A stretch of DNA of 64,000 bases, taken from positions 32,001-96,000 of the forward strand of contig JBGTLG010000041.1 of the NCBI GenBank assembly GCA_041744215.1. The letters are read 5' to 3'. The first letter of the stretch is position 1; each line of letters opens with the position of its first letter. Both the position numbers and the translations under genes were made by a program. The notes beneath the pieces were generated by a model. The model made no database searches, was not told where the DNA came from, and saw nothing but the letters and a program-made list of their open reading frames with translations. Positions 36,312 to 45,806 of the stretch are shown one piece after another. This DNA is from Fimbriimonadales bacterium. GTDB taxonomy: Bacteria > Armatimonadota > Fimbriimonadia > Fimbriimonadales > ATM1.

Positions 36312-38861
36312 ATGCCTGACAAGCGCCTGGTCATCATCGATGGATACAGCCTGCTGTTTCGCGCATTTTACGGAACTCGATTTCTGAGCACAACCGACGG
36401 TAGGCCAACGAATGCGCTGTTCGGCCTCGTCAGCATGCTCTATACTCTGCTCGAACGGGACAAGCCCGATTCCATTGTCGTCGCGCTTGACGCTCCTGGC
36501 AAGACCTTTCGCGATGCGCGGTACGCCGAGTACAAGGGCACTCGAAAAGAGACGCCTGACGAACTGAAATCACAGTTTCCATTAGCGAGGGAATTGCTGG
36601 CTGGGCTCGGCATCCCGATGCTCGAAGTTACTGGATACGAAGCGGATGACATCGTTGGGACGCTTGCCAAAGATGCAGAGCAAAGGGGCTACAGCACCAT
36701 CATTGTTACAGGGGATACTGATCAGCTTCAGCTTGTCGACGAGCACGTAACGGTTATGACAACGAGGCAAGGTGTCACTGACGTTGTGTACTACGACCCG
36801 GAGGCAGTTCGTGCAAGGTACGGCTTCGGACCCGAATTCGTTGCCGACTACAAGGCACTGGTCGGCGATACAAGTGACAATATTCCTGGCGTACCCGGAA
36901 TTGGCGATAAAAGCGCGACGAAGCTCATTCAGGAATTCGGAGACGTCGAAGCAATCATTGCAAACATCGACGAGGTCGATGAGAAGTTTAGAAAAAAGCT
37001 TCAACCCCACCTTGAACAGTTAGTGATGTCGAAATGGTTGGCGACGATTATCCGTGATGCACCAGTCGAATTCGATTACGAGCCATTTCGTATCAACAAG
37101 CAGGAGTTTGAAGCTGCGCAACGCATGCTCGAAAGTTTGGAGTTTAGAAATCACCTTAGGAAGCTGCCTCAGATTCTAGGCCCCTACATGGAGGAGGAGC
37201 AGAAGGGACTCTTCAGCGCGGATCTCGAAGTCATCGAGGAACGACCACCCATCTCTGCGTCGAGCGCTTCGTTTAGTGAGGTCGAGAAGTGGAGGGAAGG
37301 TCGCGTCGCCGGGCTTCACATTGGGGCAAACGCGGCCGCCATCGCGATAGATCGCGAGGCGAAGGAGATTTCTCTTGACACAGCCGACCGCTTGATAGCA
37401 GAGTCAGTGTCGACCCTTGCAATCCATAACGCGAAGCCTCACCTTCGACGCCTCGCTGTGTTTGAGGCGCCAGCATTCGACCCGATGCTCGCAGCGTATG
37501 TACTCCAACCAGGCCGCAGCAACTACCTCATTGAAGACATTGCTCAGGGCTTTCTCGAGGAAGGAACTCCCCAGTCCACTGCTGAGAAGGCATCGGCAGT
37601 CCATCGCCTGATCGAACCGCTCTCAAGCCGCCTGAAGCTCGACGAGCAATGGGAAATCTACGAAGACATCGAAGTCGCACTCGAACCAATACTTGCTCGA
37701 ATGGAGCACCTAGGCATCGCAGTAGATCGCGAAATGCTTGAGGATTTCAGTAAATCGCTGGCATCTTCAATCGCACTTATTGAGAAGGAGATTTTTCAGA
37801 TGGCGGGTGAGGAGTTTACGATCGGCTCTCCACAGCAGTTAGGCCGCATTCTGTTTGAAAAGTTGGGTATCCCGGTAGTGAGGAAAACAAAGACCGGTTA
37901 TGCGACCGGAGCCGAGATCTTGCAGCTACTGGGTCCGGCGTTTCCGATCGCGAAGGAAGTGCTCAGCTGGCGCGAGCTGACGAAGCTCAAGAGTACATAC
38001 GCTGATGCTTTACCAAAGATGATCTCGAGTGACGGACGGATTCACACGACGTTCGCTCAGACAGTCGCTGCAACTGGCCGCCTAAGCAGCGTTGATCCAA
38101 ACCTGCAAAACATTCCGATTCGAACCGAGTTGGGCAAACAGATTCGAAAAGCGTTCATTCCAGCACCAGGATTTCAGCTTGCATCTTTGGACTACTCGCA
38201 AATTGAGTTGCGACTCCTTGCCCACGAATGCAAGGAAGAAGCATTGGTACATGCATTCCTCAATCACCAGGACGTTCACGCGGCAACAGCAGCGACGATG
38301 TGGCAGACAAAGGTTGATGACGTCACGCCGCAGCAGCGGCGTTATGCAAAGATGCTTAACTACGCCGTTCCTTATGGCGTTACGGACTTCGGCCTGGCGA
38401 ACCAACTTGGCGGTGAGTTCACAGTAGAGCAAACGAAGGAAATGATCAAAACCTATTTTAAGAGGTTTCCAAAGATCAGAGGTTACATCGACAAAACTCT
38501 CGAAGCTGCGCGTGCTAGAGGATTTACGACGACGATTTTGGGAAGGCGTAGATACTTCCCCGATATTCACGCCGGAAATCGCGCAGCAAGGCAGTACGCT
38601 GAGAGGCAGGCGATCAACGCTCCTTTGCAAGGAGGTTCTGCTGACCTAATCAAGGTGGCGATGATCAGGATCCAACCGATGCTAAGCGATAAACGATCTC
38701 GGATGGTTTTGCAGGTTCATGACGAGCTTGTTTTTGAAATAGCGAACGGCGAAGAGGCGCTTCTTGATCCGATCCGTGCAGCTATGGAGGCAGCAATTGC
38801 GTTGGATGTTCCCATCGACGTCGATATGAGCATTGGGTCCAATTGGCTAGAGGCCAAGTGA
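36312..38861 (+). CDS. polA: DNA polymerase I
   Basis: 5'-3' exonuclease (IDGYSLLFRAF, YEADD, GDTSDNIPGVPGIG); polymerase motifs TGRLSS.DPNLQNIP, DYSQIELR, QVHDEL. Confidence 0.96.
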   Translation: MPDKRLVIIDGYSLLFRAFYGTRFLSTTDGRPTNALFGLVSMLYTLLERDKPDSIVVALDAPGKTFRDARYAEYKGTRKETPDELKSQFPLARELLAGLGIPMLEVTGYEADDIVGTLAKDAEQRGYSTIIVTGDTDQLQLVDEHVTVMTTRQGVTDVVYYDPEAVRARYGFGPEFVADYKALVGDTSDNIPGVPGIGDKSATKLIQEFGDVEAIIANIDEVDEKFRKKLQPHLEQLVMSKWLATIIRDAPVEFDYEPFRINKQEFEAAQRMLESLEFRNHLRKLPQILGPYMEEEQKGLFSADLEVIEERPPISASSASFSEVEKWREGRVAGLHIGANAAAIAIDREAKEISLDTADRLIAESVSTLAIHNAKPHLRRLAVFEAPAFDPMLAAYVLQPGRSNYLIEDIAQGFLEEGTPQSTAEKASAVHRLIEPLSSRLKLDEQWEIYEDIEVALEPILARMEHLGIAVDREMLEDFSKSLASSIALIEKEIFQMAGEEFTIGSPQQLGRILFEKLGIPVVRKTKTGYATGAEILQLLGPAFPIAKEVLSWRELTKLKSTYADALPKMISSDGRIHTTFAQTVAATGRLSSVDPNLQNIPIRTELGKQIRKAFIPAPGFQLASLDYSQIELRLLAHECKEEALVHAFLNHQDVHAATAATMWQTKVDDVTPQQRRYAKMLNYAVPYGVTDFGLANQLGGEFTVEQTKEMIKTYFKRFPKIRGYIDKTLEAARARGFTTTILGRRRYFPDIHAGNRAARQYAERQAINAPLQGGSADLIKVAMIRIQPMLSDKRSRMVLQVHDELVFEIANGEEALLDPIRAAMEAAIALDVPIDVDMSIGSNWLEAK

Positions 38862-38863
38862 CC

Positions 38864-40015
38864 TCAGCAAAACCTCGACCTCGCCCACATTCTCGCATCT
38901 GCGTCAGCTTGAAGAATAGCCTCGAGAGATACTTCGGCCTCCGGCAGAGCATCGAACGAGTCTTTGCATAGGTCTTGAATTCGAAGGAACGGAATCTCGT
39001 CACGTAGAAAGGCGTTTGCGGCCTCTTCGTTGACACCATTCAGAAATGTTGGCGCAATCCCACCCAGATTGAAGGCTTTACGGGCGAGGTCTGGGCATAT
39101 GAAGACACGTTCGTCGTACTCCTCAAATGTCAGCGAAGGAGTCATCAACGGGTCCCAAGGATTGGATGGTCCAGAATGCGCATGCGATCCAAACAACGCA
39201 TACTGAATCGGCAGCTTCATGTCGGGATGCCCCATTTGTGCAAGTGAGCTCCCGTCGCGAAACTTTACTATCGAATGAATGACACTCTGAGGATGAACGA
39301 CTACATCCACGCGATCGGGAGGCAGATCGTAAAGCCAACAAGCTTCGATAATCTCAAGCCCTTTATTCATTAGGGTTGCCGAGTCGATCGTGATCTTCCC
39401 GCCCATGTTCCACGTCGGATGTTTGAGCGCCTGTTCTCGAGAGGCATCACGCAGTTGATCATACGACCATCCCCGAAACGGCCCCCCTGACGCCGTCAAA
39501 ATGATTCGATCAACTTCCTCCATGCCCGGATATTCTTTGTTTGCTCCACGAAGACATTGCAAGACTGCCGAGTGCTCGGAGTCGATCGGCATGATGGTGA
39601 CGCCTGCGCTTTTCGCCGCAGGCATGACGATCGATCCACCGGCGACTAATACTTCTTTCGATGCTAACGCGATCTCTTTCTTCGCCGAAATCGCTGCAAG
39701 GGTCGGCTCAAGACCTATCATCCCGCTTACAGCCACCACGACTATGTCGACACCTGGATCGGAGGCAATACCAACCAACCCCTCCATTCCCGTGGGTACT
39801 GGTCGCGACAGGGCCTTAGAAAGCTGCTCGGCTGCGGCAATGTCATACATCGCCAAGCGAGAAACCTTGAACTCGTGCGCCAGAGCGGCGACTCGGGAGT
39901 GATCCGTCTTAGCGGCAAGCGCAACAATGCTGACTTCCGAGGGGTGACGGCGAATCACGTTGATAGTCTGCTCGCCAATGCTGCCCGTACAGCCAAGTAT
40001 CGCGATGCGCTTCAC
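38864..40015 (-). CDS. dxr: 1-deoxy-D-xylulose 5-phosphate reductoisomerase
   Basis: LGCTGSIG, PIDSEH, LTASGGPF, HPTWNMGGKITIDSATLMNKGLE. Confidence 0.95.
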   Translation of the reverse strand: MKRIAILGCTGSIGEQTINVIRRHPSEVSIVALAAKTDHSRVAALAHEFKVSRLAMYDIAAAEQLSKALSRPVPTGMEGLVGIASDPGVDIVVVAVSGMIGLEPTLAAISAKKEIALASKEVLVAGGSIVMPAAKSAGVTIMPIDSEHSAVLQCLRGANKEYPGMEEVDRIILTASGGPFRGWSYDQLRDASREQALKHPTWNMGGKITIDSATLMNKGLEIIEACWLYDLPPDRVDVVVHPQSVIHSIVKFRDGSSLAQMGHPDMKLPIQYALFGSHAHSGPSNPWDPLMTPSLTFEEYDERVFICPDLARKAFNLGGIAPTFLNGVNEEAANAFLRDEIPFLRIQDLCKDSFDALPEAEVSLEAILQADADARMWARSRFC

Positions 40016-40019
40016 GAAC

Positions 40020-41156
40020 CTATTCTACGTCCTCTAGCAATGCAGCTGCAATTTTCGCGGTTCTTGTTATCGCATCTCTGGGACCTAACATACGTCTAAT
40101 CTCTTGAAAGTCGTTGAGTTGTTGAGCTCTGACGTCTTCGTTGAATAACACTTCGTATGCGGCGTTGTAAACAGCGTCCGGCGTCACATTCCACATTAGC
40201 AACTCAGTGACAACCTTCTTCTGCATTATTATTGAGGGCATCGCCACGAATTCGAATCTCGGCCTTCGGATGCGTACCTCGGTCTCCAGCAGCTTAGACC
40301 CGCGATAAACAACGACCATCGGGCAGTCGCAGACCGCGCATTCTAGCGCTGCCGTTCCTGAGCAAACTATTGCGGCGGCAGCACGCTTCAGCGTGTGGGG
40401 GGCGGGTTCAGCAGATAGCTCAACCGGCACTCGCGAATGAGCGGACCACATCCGCGATACCTTCTCGGGGTCAGCAGTGGGTGCAACTACGATGGTCGCT
40501 GGAAGAGCCGAGTTTCCAAGTCTCTCAACTGCCTGCGCAATAACTGGGAGATTGAATTCGATCTCATGCAGCCGGCTACCAGGAAGTATCGCGATCCCAG
40601 AGCGGTCCGCTTCCTCAAACTGGTCGCATATCTGCACAATCGGATGACCTACCCATTCCGAGACGCCGCCCATAGAGAGCAGCATCTCATTCGACCATTT
40701 GAACGGAGTCGCTATTCGATCGGCAATCTTTGGTAGATCCACTCCTTGCTTCTGCCTTCTCCAAGAGCCGGGTGGCATAAAGTACAGCGTCTTGGATCCG
40801 ATGCGCTTTGCAATTCGGGACAACCGAATGTTGACGTATCCGAAATCAATCGCTATCACAAGCCTTGGCTTTTGGTGTCGCAACCACCGTGTCACTTTGC
40901 GCATATCCCGGTAGACCCTTGGCACGACTAGCAATGAATGAAAGATTCCGATGGCTCCCCAACTGCTTGAGTCTGCGATGATCTCCGCGCCAGCGCTCCG
41001 CAGTTTTGAGGCGCCAATCGCGTGAAACTCGGCATCCACCCCTAATTGCCTCATTTCGTTTATCAGCGCAGCCCCGACAGCATCGCCGCTCGCCTCACCG
41101 GCCGACAAAAGAACCCGTGGCTTACCGCTGGTCTTGGCGTCCAAATCGGCCACCAC
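40020..41156 (-). CDS. lpxB: Lipid A disaccharide synthase
   Basis: AGEASGD, VGHP, LPGSR.HE, SGTA.LE; operon context. Confidence 0.88.
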   Translation of the reverse strand: MVADLDAKTSGKPRVLLSAGEASGDAVGAALINEMRQLGVDAEFHAIGASKLRSAGAEIIADSSSWGAIGIFHSLLVVPRVYRDMRKVTRWLRHQKPRLVIAIDFGYVNIRLSRIAKRIGSKTLYFMPPGSWRRQKQGVDLPKIADRIATPFKWSNEMLLSMGGVSEWVGHPIVQICDQFEEADRSGIAILPGSRLHEIEFNLPVIAQAVERLGNSALPATIVVAPTADPEKVSRMWSAHSRVPVELSAEPAPHTLKRAAAAIVCSGTAALECAVCDCPMVVVYRGSKLLETEVRIRRPRFEFVAMPSIIMQKKVVTELLMWNVTPDAVYNAAYEVLFNEDVRAQQLNDFQEIRRMLGPRDAITRTAKIAAALLEDVE

Positions 41157-41910
41157 CTACGTTTTGCAAGAAGTTGAGCAGGTACTCCACTTCCGGCGTA
41201 ATCTCAACCTCTCGCCGCACCGCCTCAATAGCCCGGGTCATACCCATCTCGGATCGAAAGAGAAGCTTGCACGCCTTGTGGAGCGCGAGCCGGACGGTCT
41301 GTTCAACGCCCATCCTTCGCAAGCCCACTGAGTTGATGTCGTAGACGCGCTGATCTCGCCCTTCTGTCAGCATAAATGGTGGAACATCCCTTGACACTCC
41401 AGACATGCCGCCGACCATCGCGTACTTACCGATCCGAACAAACTGATGAACGCCCGTCATGCCGCCGATGTTGACGCCTTCTTCGACTGTAACGTGTCCG
41501 CTGATTCCCACGTTATTGGCCATTGTAATGTTGTCATGCAAAACAACGTTGTGCCCTAAATGACAGAACGCCATGAGAAAATTGTTGTTGCCGACAACCG
41601 TTTTGTTTCCTTCGCCCGTGGCTCGGTGGACGGTAACGAACTCACGAAAGACGTTGTCGTTCCCGATCTCAAGAAACGTTGGCTCGCCAGAGTACTTTCT
41701 GTCTTGCGGATCACCACCGAGAACGGCGCCGTGCCCCACCACGTTGCGTGCTCCGATCTTCGTCGAGTGCCGAACAATGGCATGCGCCTCAATGATGGAG
41801 TCGTCGCCTATCTGGGCACCGGCTTCGATGACTGTAAACGGCCCTACGATAACACCGTTGCCAAGTGCTGCAGACGGGTCAACTATTGCGGTCGGGTGAA
41901 CCTCTGTCAA
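41122..41910 (-). CDS. lpxA: UDP-N-acetylglucosamine acyltransferase
   Basis: VHPTAIVD, hexapeptide repeats, REFVTVHR.T, VHQFVRIG; TTG start overlaps the fabZ stop. Confidence 0.93.
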   Translation of the reverse strand: MTEVHPTAIVDPSAALGNGVIVGPFTVIEAGAQIGDDSIIEAHAIVRHSTKIGARNVVGHGAVLGGDPQDRKYSGEPTFLEIGNDNVFREFVTVHRATGEGNKTVVGNNNFLMAFCHLGHNVVLHDNITMANNVGISGHVTVEEGVNIGGMTGVHQFVRIGKYAMVGGMSGVSRDVPPFMLTEGRDQRVYDINSVGLRRMGVEQTVRLALHKACKLLFRSEMGMTRAIEAVRREVEITPEVEYLLNFLQNVGGGRFGRQDQR

Positions 41911-42344
41911 AGCTTTGTTCCATTCGCCAGCACTTTGAAAGCCATCTCGGCTTCGCACACAAGTTCACCATCCACCGTCGCGCGTGCCTTGATTGAGCCA
42001 ACACTGTTTCTGAACCACTGAAGTTCGGCAACGGTTTCCAAACGATCCCCCGGCACCACAGGTCGTCTAAACTTCACTTTGTCCAATCCAGCGATCAACG
42101 GCGTAAACCCCTCATATCGCGGGTCGGCAAGCATCATAACAGCACTGACCTGCGCCATAGACTCAAGAATCAGCACGCCTGGCATGATGGGCATGTTAGG
42201 ATAGTGGCCTTGAAAGAATTGTTCATTGTAAGTCACGTTTTTGTACCCACGAACACTCTTGCCAACCTCGATCTCTTCAATTCGATCAACCAACAGCATC
42301 GGGTAGCGATGCGGCAATAGAGATTGGAGTGATTTGATGTCCAT
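41907..42344 (-). CDS. fabZ: 3-hydroxyacyl-ACP dehydratase
   Basis: LPHRYPMLLVDR, FFQGHYP..PIMPGVLILE. Confidence 0.95.
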   Translation of the reverse strand: MDIKSLQSLLPHRYPMLLVDRIEEIEVGKSVRGYKNVTYNEQFFQGHYPNMPIMPGVLILESMAQVSAVMMLADPRYEGFTPLIAGLDKVKFRRPVVPGDRLETVAELQWFRNSVGSIKARATVDGELVCEAEMAFKVLANGTKL

Positions 42345-42347
42345 AGT

Positions 42348-43160
42348 TTAGTCCTCCCAATCACACAACTCTTGAAGTCGTTCGGCCGCACGAAGATTTA
42401 GCTTGTGACCTGACCGCTCCGCCGCGACATTTAGAAATCGAGGCGGGATCCCTGCAAGGTATAAGTCGCCAATGCAATCCAGCAATTTGTGACGAGCAGG
42501 TTCGTCGGGAAACCGAGCGGTTGTGCGATATTCGCTAGAACCGAGCACCAACGTATTAGATTCGTTGCCGCCCCTTCCTAGGCCCATCGACTGAATCACA
42601 GCGATCTCTTCTTCAAAAACAAATGTTTTGGCTGGTGCAATCTCCGACAAGTAGCGTTCCTTATTGATCTCAATCTCAAACTCGACTTTTCCTGGCCACC
42701 GCTCGCCCGAATCAAACTCGTACCGCCACCAACCCTCGCCAACAGATATGCTCATCCGCTGGTCGTCCTCCTGCATGTTGATGCGCCCAAACAAACCCGC
42801 GGCGTACTTCATCCCCAACGACTCAAAACCAGCATCCATTAACCCCTTGGCGAACTCAACTGACGAACCATCGAGAATGGGGATCTCATTGCCCTCGACT
42901 TCGATCTCGGCATCCGTAACTTCAAGTGCTGCCATCGCGCTCATCAGGTGCTCGATAGTGCTAACGGTGCCGAGTCTCGTGCACCGACTTGAATCGGTGA
43001 CGTTCTCTGGCACGGCCTCATACCTCTTGCCACTGTGCAGGAAGGCCAAGTCGCGATCACCACTCCTGACGATGGCCCTACAGCTCTCGCCTGAGTGAAT
43101 TCCTATTCCCTCGAAGACCACATCACGCGCAACTGTCTGCCTGGCGAATTCGATCTTCAC
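42348..43160 (-). CDS. lpxC: UDP-3-O-acyl-N-acetylglucosamine deacetylase
   Basis: GIGIHSG, TIEHLMSA, EIPILDGS, HKLLD.IGD, SGH. Confidence 0.92.
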   Translation of the reverse strand: MKIEFARQTVARDVVFEGIGIHSGESCRAIVRSGDRDLAFLHSGKRYEAVPENVTDSSRCTRLGTVSTIEHLMSAMAALEVTDAEIEVEGNEIPILDGSSVEFAKGLMDAGFESLGMKYAAGLFGRINMQEDDQRMSISVGEGWWRYEFDSGERWPGKVEFEIEINKERYLSEIAPAKTFVFEEEIAVIQSMGLGRGGNESNTLVLGSSEYRTTARFPDEPARHKLLDCIGDLYLAGIPPRFLNVAAERSGHKLNLRAAERLQELCDWED

Positions 43161-44200
43161 TGTTGCTTTCCTCTCAGTTCGGCGATCTCTCTCTCGAGCC
43201 GGCGAATCCGGTCAACAATCTCGGGAAGCTTTGCACCCAACAAAAAAGCGCGCATTGCTCCGCGCGCCTCCTGTGCTGGCGTGCCCCAGTACTCGCCAGG
43301 TTCTTGAATGTTCTGCGCTACGCCGGATCTCGGCCCGAGGACGACGTCGTCTGTCACGCTGGTGTGGTCACTAATCGCCGCTGCGCCGCCCATCGTAACA
43401 CGGGCACCGATGTGAGCGCTTCCGCCGATCCCACATTGTCCGGCTATCACGGTGTCGGAGCCAATCTGAACGTTGTGGGCGACCTGAACTAGATTATCAA
43501 TTTTGGTGCCACTACCGATGCTTGTCTCGCCAGCCGTTCCCCGGTCAACAGCTGTCAAAGCGCCGATTTCACAATCGTCGCCGATTCTGACTCCACCGAC
43601 CTGGGGCACCTTCCGGTGGCGCACGCCATCCCAGAAGTATCCAAATCCATCCGCTCCCAAAGTCGCACCGGAATGGACGATTGACCTGTCACCGATCCAC
43701 ACATCGCGATAGAGCACTACATGCGGGTACAGCTTTGCGCCGCTACCCAATCGGCAGTTCTCGCCGACGTAGCAAAAGGGATAGACACGAACATCTGGGC
43801 CGACGTGAACACCCCCCTCGATGACGGTAAACGGCCCAATTCGTGCAGACCTGTCGATTGAGGCTGCCGGGTCAACCACTGCTGTCGAGTGTATGCCTTC
43901 GCTTAAGGGCAACTCATTCCAGGCGATCGCGAGCAGTCGCCCAAAAGCTTCGCGAGGCGAGCGACAGCGGATGTGGGGTTTTGTGCAGTCTGCCTCGCCC
44001 AATGCGACGATGACCGCGGCAACGCTCGAAGCTTCGGCGGCTGCCATGTACTGAGCAGATTCTGCGAACGTGATGCCGGTCGGGTCATCGTAGCCCGCTG
44101 GGACGGGGCGGCCGATCCTAAGCTCCGATGGACCATGGAGTTCACCACCGACGATTTCGGCGATGTCGGATAGTGTCCAAGTTAGGGATTCCTGAGCCAA
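43157..44200 (-). CDS. lpxD: UDP-3-O-(3-hydroxyacyl)glucosamine N-acyltransferase
   Basis: GADGFGY, KVPQVGGV, KIDNLVQVAHNV; hexapeptide repeats. Confidence 0.93.
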   Translation of the reverse strand: MAQESLTWTLSDIAEIVGGELHGPSELRIGRPVPAGYDDPTGITFAESAQYMAAAEASSVAAVIVALGEADCTKPHIRCRSPREAFGRLLAIAWNELPLSEGIHSTAVVDPAASIDRSARIGPFTVIEGGVHVGPDVRVYPFCYVGENCRLGSGAKLYPHVVLYRDVWIGDRSIVHSGATLGADGFGYFWDGVRHRKVPQVGGVRIGDDCEIGALTAVDRGTAGETSIGSGTKIDNLVQVAHNVQIGSDTVIAGQCGIGGSAHIGARVTMGGAAAISDHTSVTDDVVLGPRSGVAQNIQEPGEYWGTPAQEARGAMRAFLLGAKLPEIVDRIRRLEREIAELRGKQQ

Positions 44201-45171
44201 GAAGTGAACTCCGCTGTCTTGTCCGGCCCGAAGTGGGGTCCAGCGGCCAGTTTGTACCCGCGAACCCGAAGAAAAATGTCGAGTTTTGCTGCCAAAACGC
44301 CATTTCTTTGCTCATCACGAATGAAAGTTTGTGATTCGGCCATGCTGGCATCGACCGCTTCAACATGCAGTTCTTCCGGCGGCTGCGGCTCCAGGCTCAG
44401 TCGATTTGAGTCAAGAAGCGGGGGGAGGGCAGCCCTATTGGTCTCTCGGAGTCGATCTCGAACCATCTCGGCCGCACGCGAATCGGCGCGGCTTAGGATC
44501 GCACGGACCTCCGACTCGATGCGCACCCCTTCGCCCAGGTTCAATTCGCGAACCTGCGCAAGAATTGCTTCGATCCGCCGGTCAGTCTCAGCTTCGTCCT
44601 CGCGAATCTTAGCGTGGAGTTCACGTCCCTCGGAGCTCCATTCGCGGAGTAAGCGCGACCTTGACAACTCTTCTTCCGAGTACCCTCTAACAGTCGGCCA
44701 CCCCACCAGTAGCGCAGCTCGAACTATCATTCGCGCGCGATTTGGAGTTCGGTCGCGGACGACCTGCGAGATCTGCTCCATTGCGGCGTCCGCGCGAGCG
44801 CGTATGGCACCCGATAACGATCTCCGAATGGAGTTCACTTCCGCCTCCGCTTCGACGAGGACAACGCGCCGGTAGTTTTCTTCCAATTCGTTTTGAAGTT
44901 CGAGAAACTCCCGCTCCATGAGTGCTAGCGCTCCTTCTCTCCTCCCTTCTGCCGACTCCTTACCGCGCATGCTGGGCGCTACGCCTGGAATGCCGAAACT
45001 CTGGGGGCCAGTTCGATAGTCCTTGCTCGGAACACGAGAAAAGAAGCCGGGCAACTCCACATCGGACGGCACCCGGCTCAAATCAACCCAAACAACTGGT
45101 TCGCGTTTTGCGCAGCCCGAGCAAATCGCAAGGGTGCTAAGGGCTATCGGTATCCATTTGCTTGATCGCAT
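44182..45171 (-). CDS. Hypothetical coiled-coil lipoprotein, possible divergent Skp/OmpH paralog
   Basis: Lipobox CSG-C; VVWVDLSRV near the N-terminus and GYKL...DKTAEF at the C-terminus echo the OmpH termini. Confidence 0.55.
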   Translation of the reverse strand: MRSSKWIPIALSTLAICSGCAKREPVVWVDLSRVPSDVELPGFFSRVPSKDYRTGPQSFGIPGVAPSMRGKESAEGRREGALALMEREFLELQNELEENYRRVVLVEAEAEVNSIRRSLSGAIRARADAAMEQISQVVRDRTPNRARMIVRAALLVGWPTVRGYSEEELSRSRLLREWSSEGRELHAKIREDEAETDRRIEAILAQVRELNLGEGVRIESEVRAILSRADSRAAEMVRDRLRETNRAALPPLLDSNRLSLEPQPPEELHVEAVDASMAESQTFIRDEQRNGVLAAKLDIFLRVRGYKLAAGPHFGPDKTAEFTSWLRNP

Positions 45172-45769
45172 CCTGTGTGATGTCGTTTGCCGAGTAAACG
45201 GCGACGCTCGCCTCGAAAACGAGCGTGAATCCGCCACGTTGCGCTACTTTTTGGGACGCAACTCGCGCCTTTTCTATGACTTCCTGCTGAGACTGTTGAG
45301 CCAGTTGACCCATTTCGCCGCCAAAGTCTTGGTTCCAGTCGCGCGCCATCTCGAGAGCTTCATTCGCCATAGCAGAAAGCTCGTTGGCTCGCTGAAGCTG
45401 TGCTGGCTGAGGGTTCGTTAGCCGCATTAACGTTTCCAATTCGTTCTTCTGACTACGAATTGTGTCCTGTAAACGCTTGAGGTCATCCTGTTGTGCGGCT
45501 GTCGGACTTGCAATCAGCATGAGGTCCTTCAATTGTGATCCTTGTGCCCGCGACAAGACTCGGTTTTCCGATACGAACTGCAGCAGCGCGGTCATCTTGT
45601 TGCGTCGTCCGTCAAACTCTGCTCGCTTCCGCATACCCAGCTTGGAATCCTCAGCGACTTTGCCAAGGTCCACTACTCCGAACTTCATAGTATTGCCCTG
45701 GAACGCGGCTAGCGCTACAAACGCAATCGCAATCCCTATGATAGTCACGATAACTCGGTTTGGTTTCAT
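45137..45769 (-). CDS. skp: Skp/OmpH periplasmic chaperone
   Basis: Signal peptide, FGVVDLGKV, coiled coil, GFTLVF....DITQDAI; lies between bamA and lpxD. Confidence 0.8.
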   Translation of the reverse strand: MKPNRVIVTIIGIAIAFVALAAFQGNTMKFGVVDLGKVAEDSKLGMRKRAEFDGRRNKMTALLQFVSENRVLSRAQGSQLKDLMLIASPTAAQQDDLKRLQDTIRSQKNELETLMRLTNPQPAQLQRANELSAMANEALEMARDWNQDFGGEMGQLAQQSQQEVIEKARVASQKVAQRGGFTLVFEASVAVYSANDITQDAIKQMDTDSP

Positions 45770-45806
45770 ACGTTGTGCTCCTTAGATTGTAGATCGAGCT
45801 TTTGGC

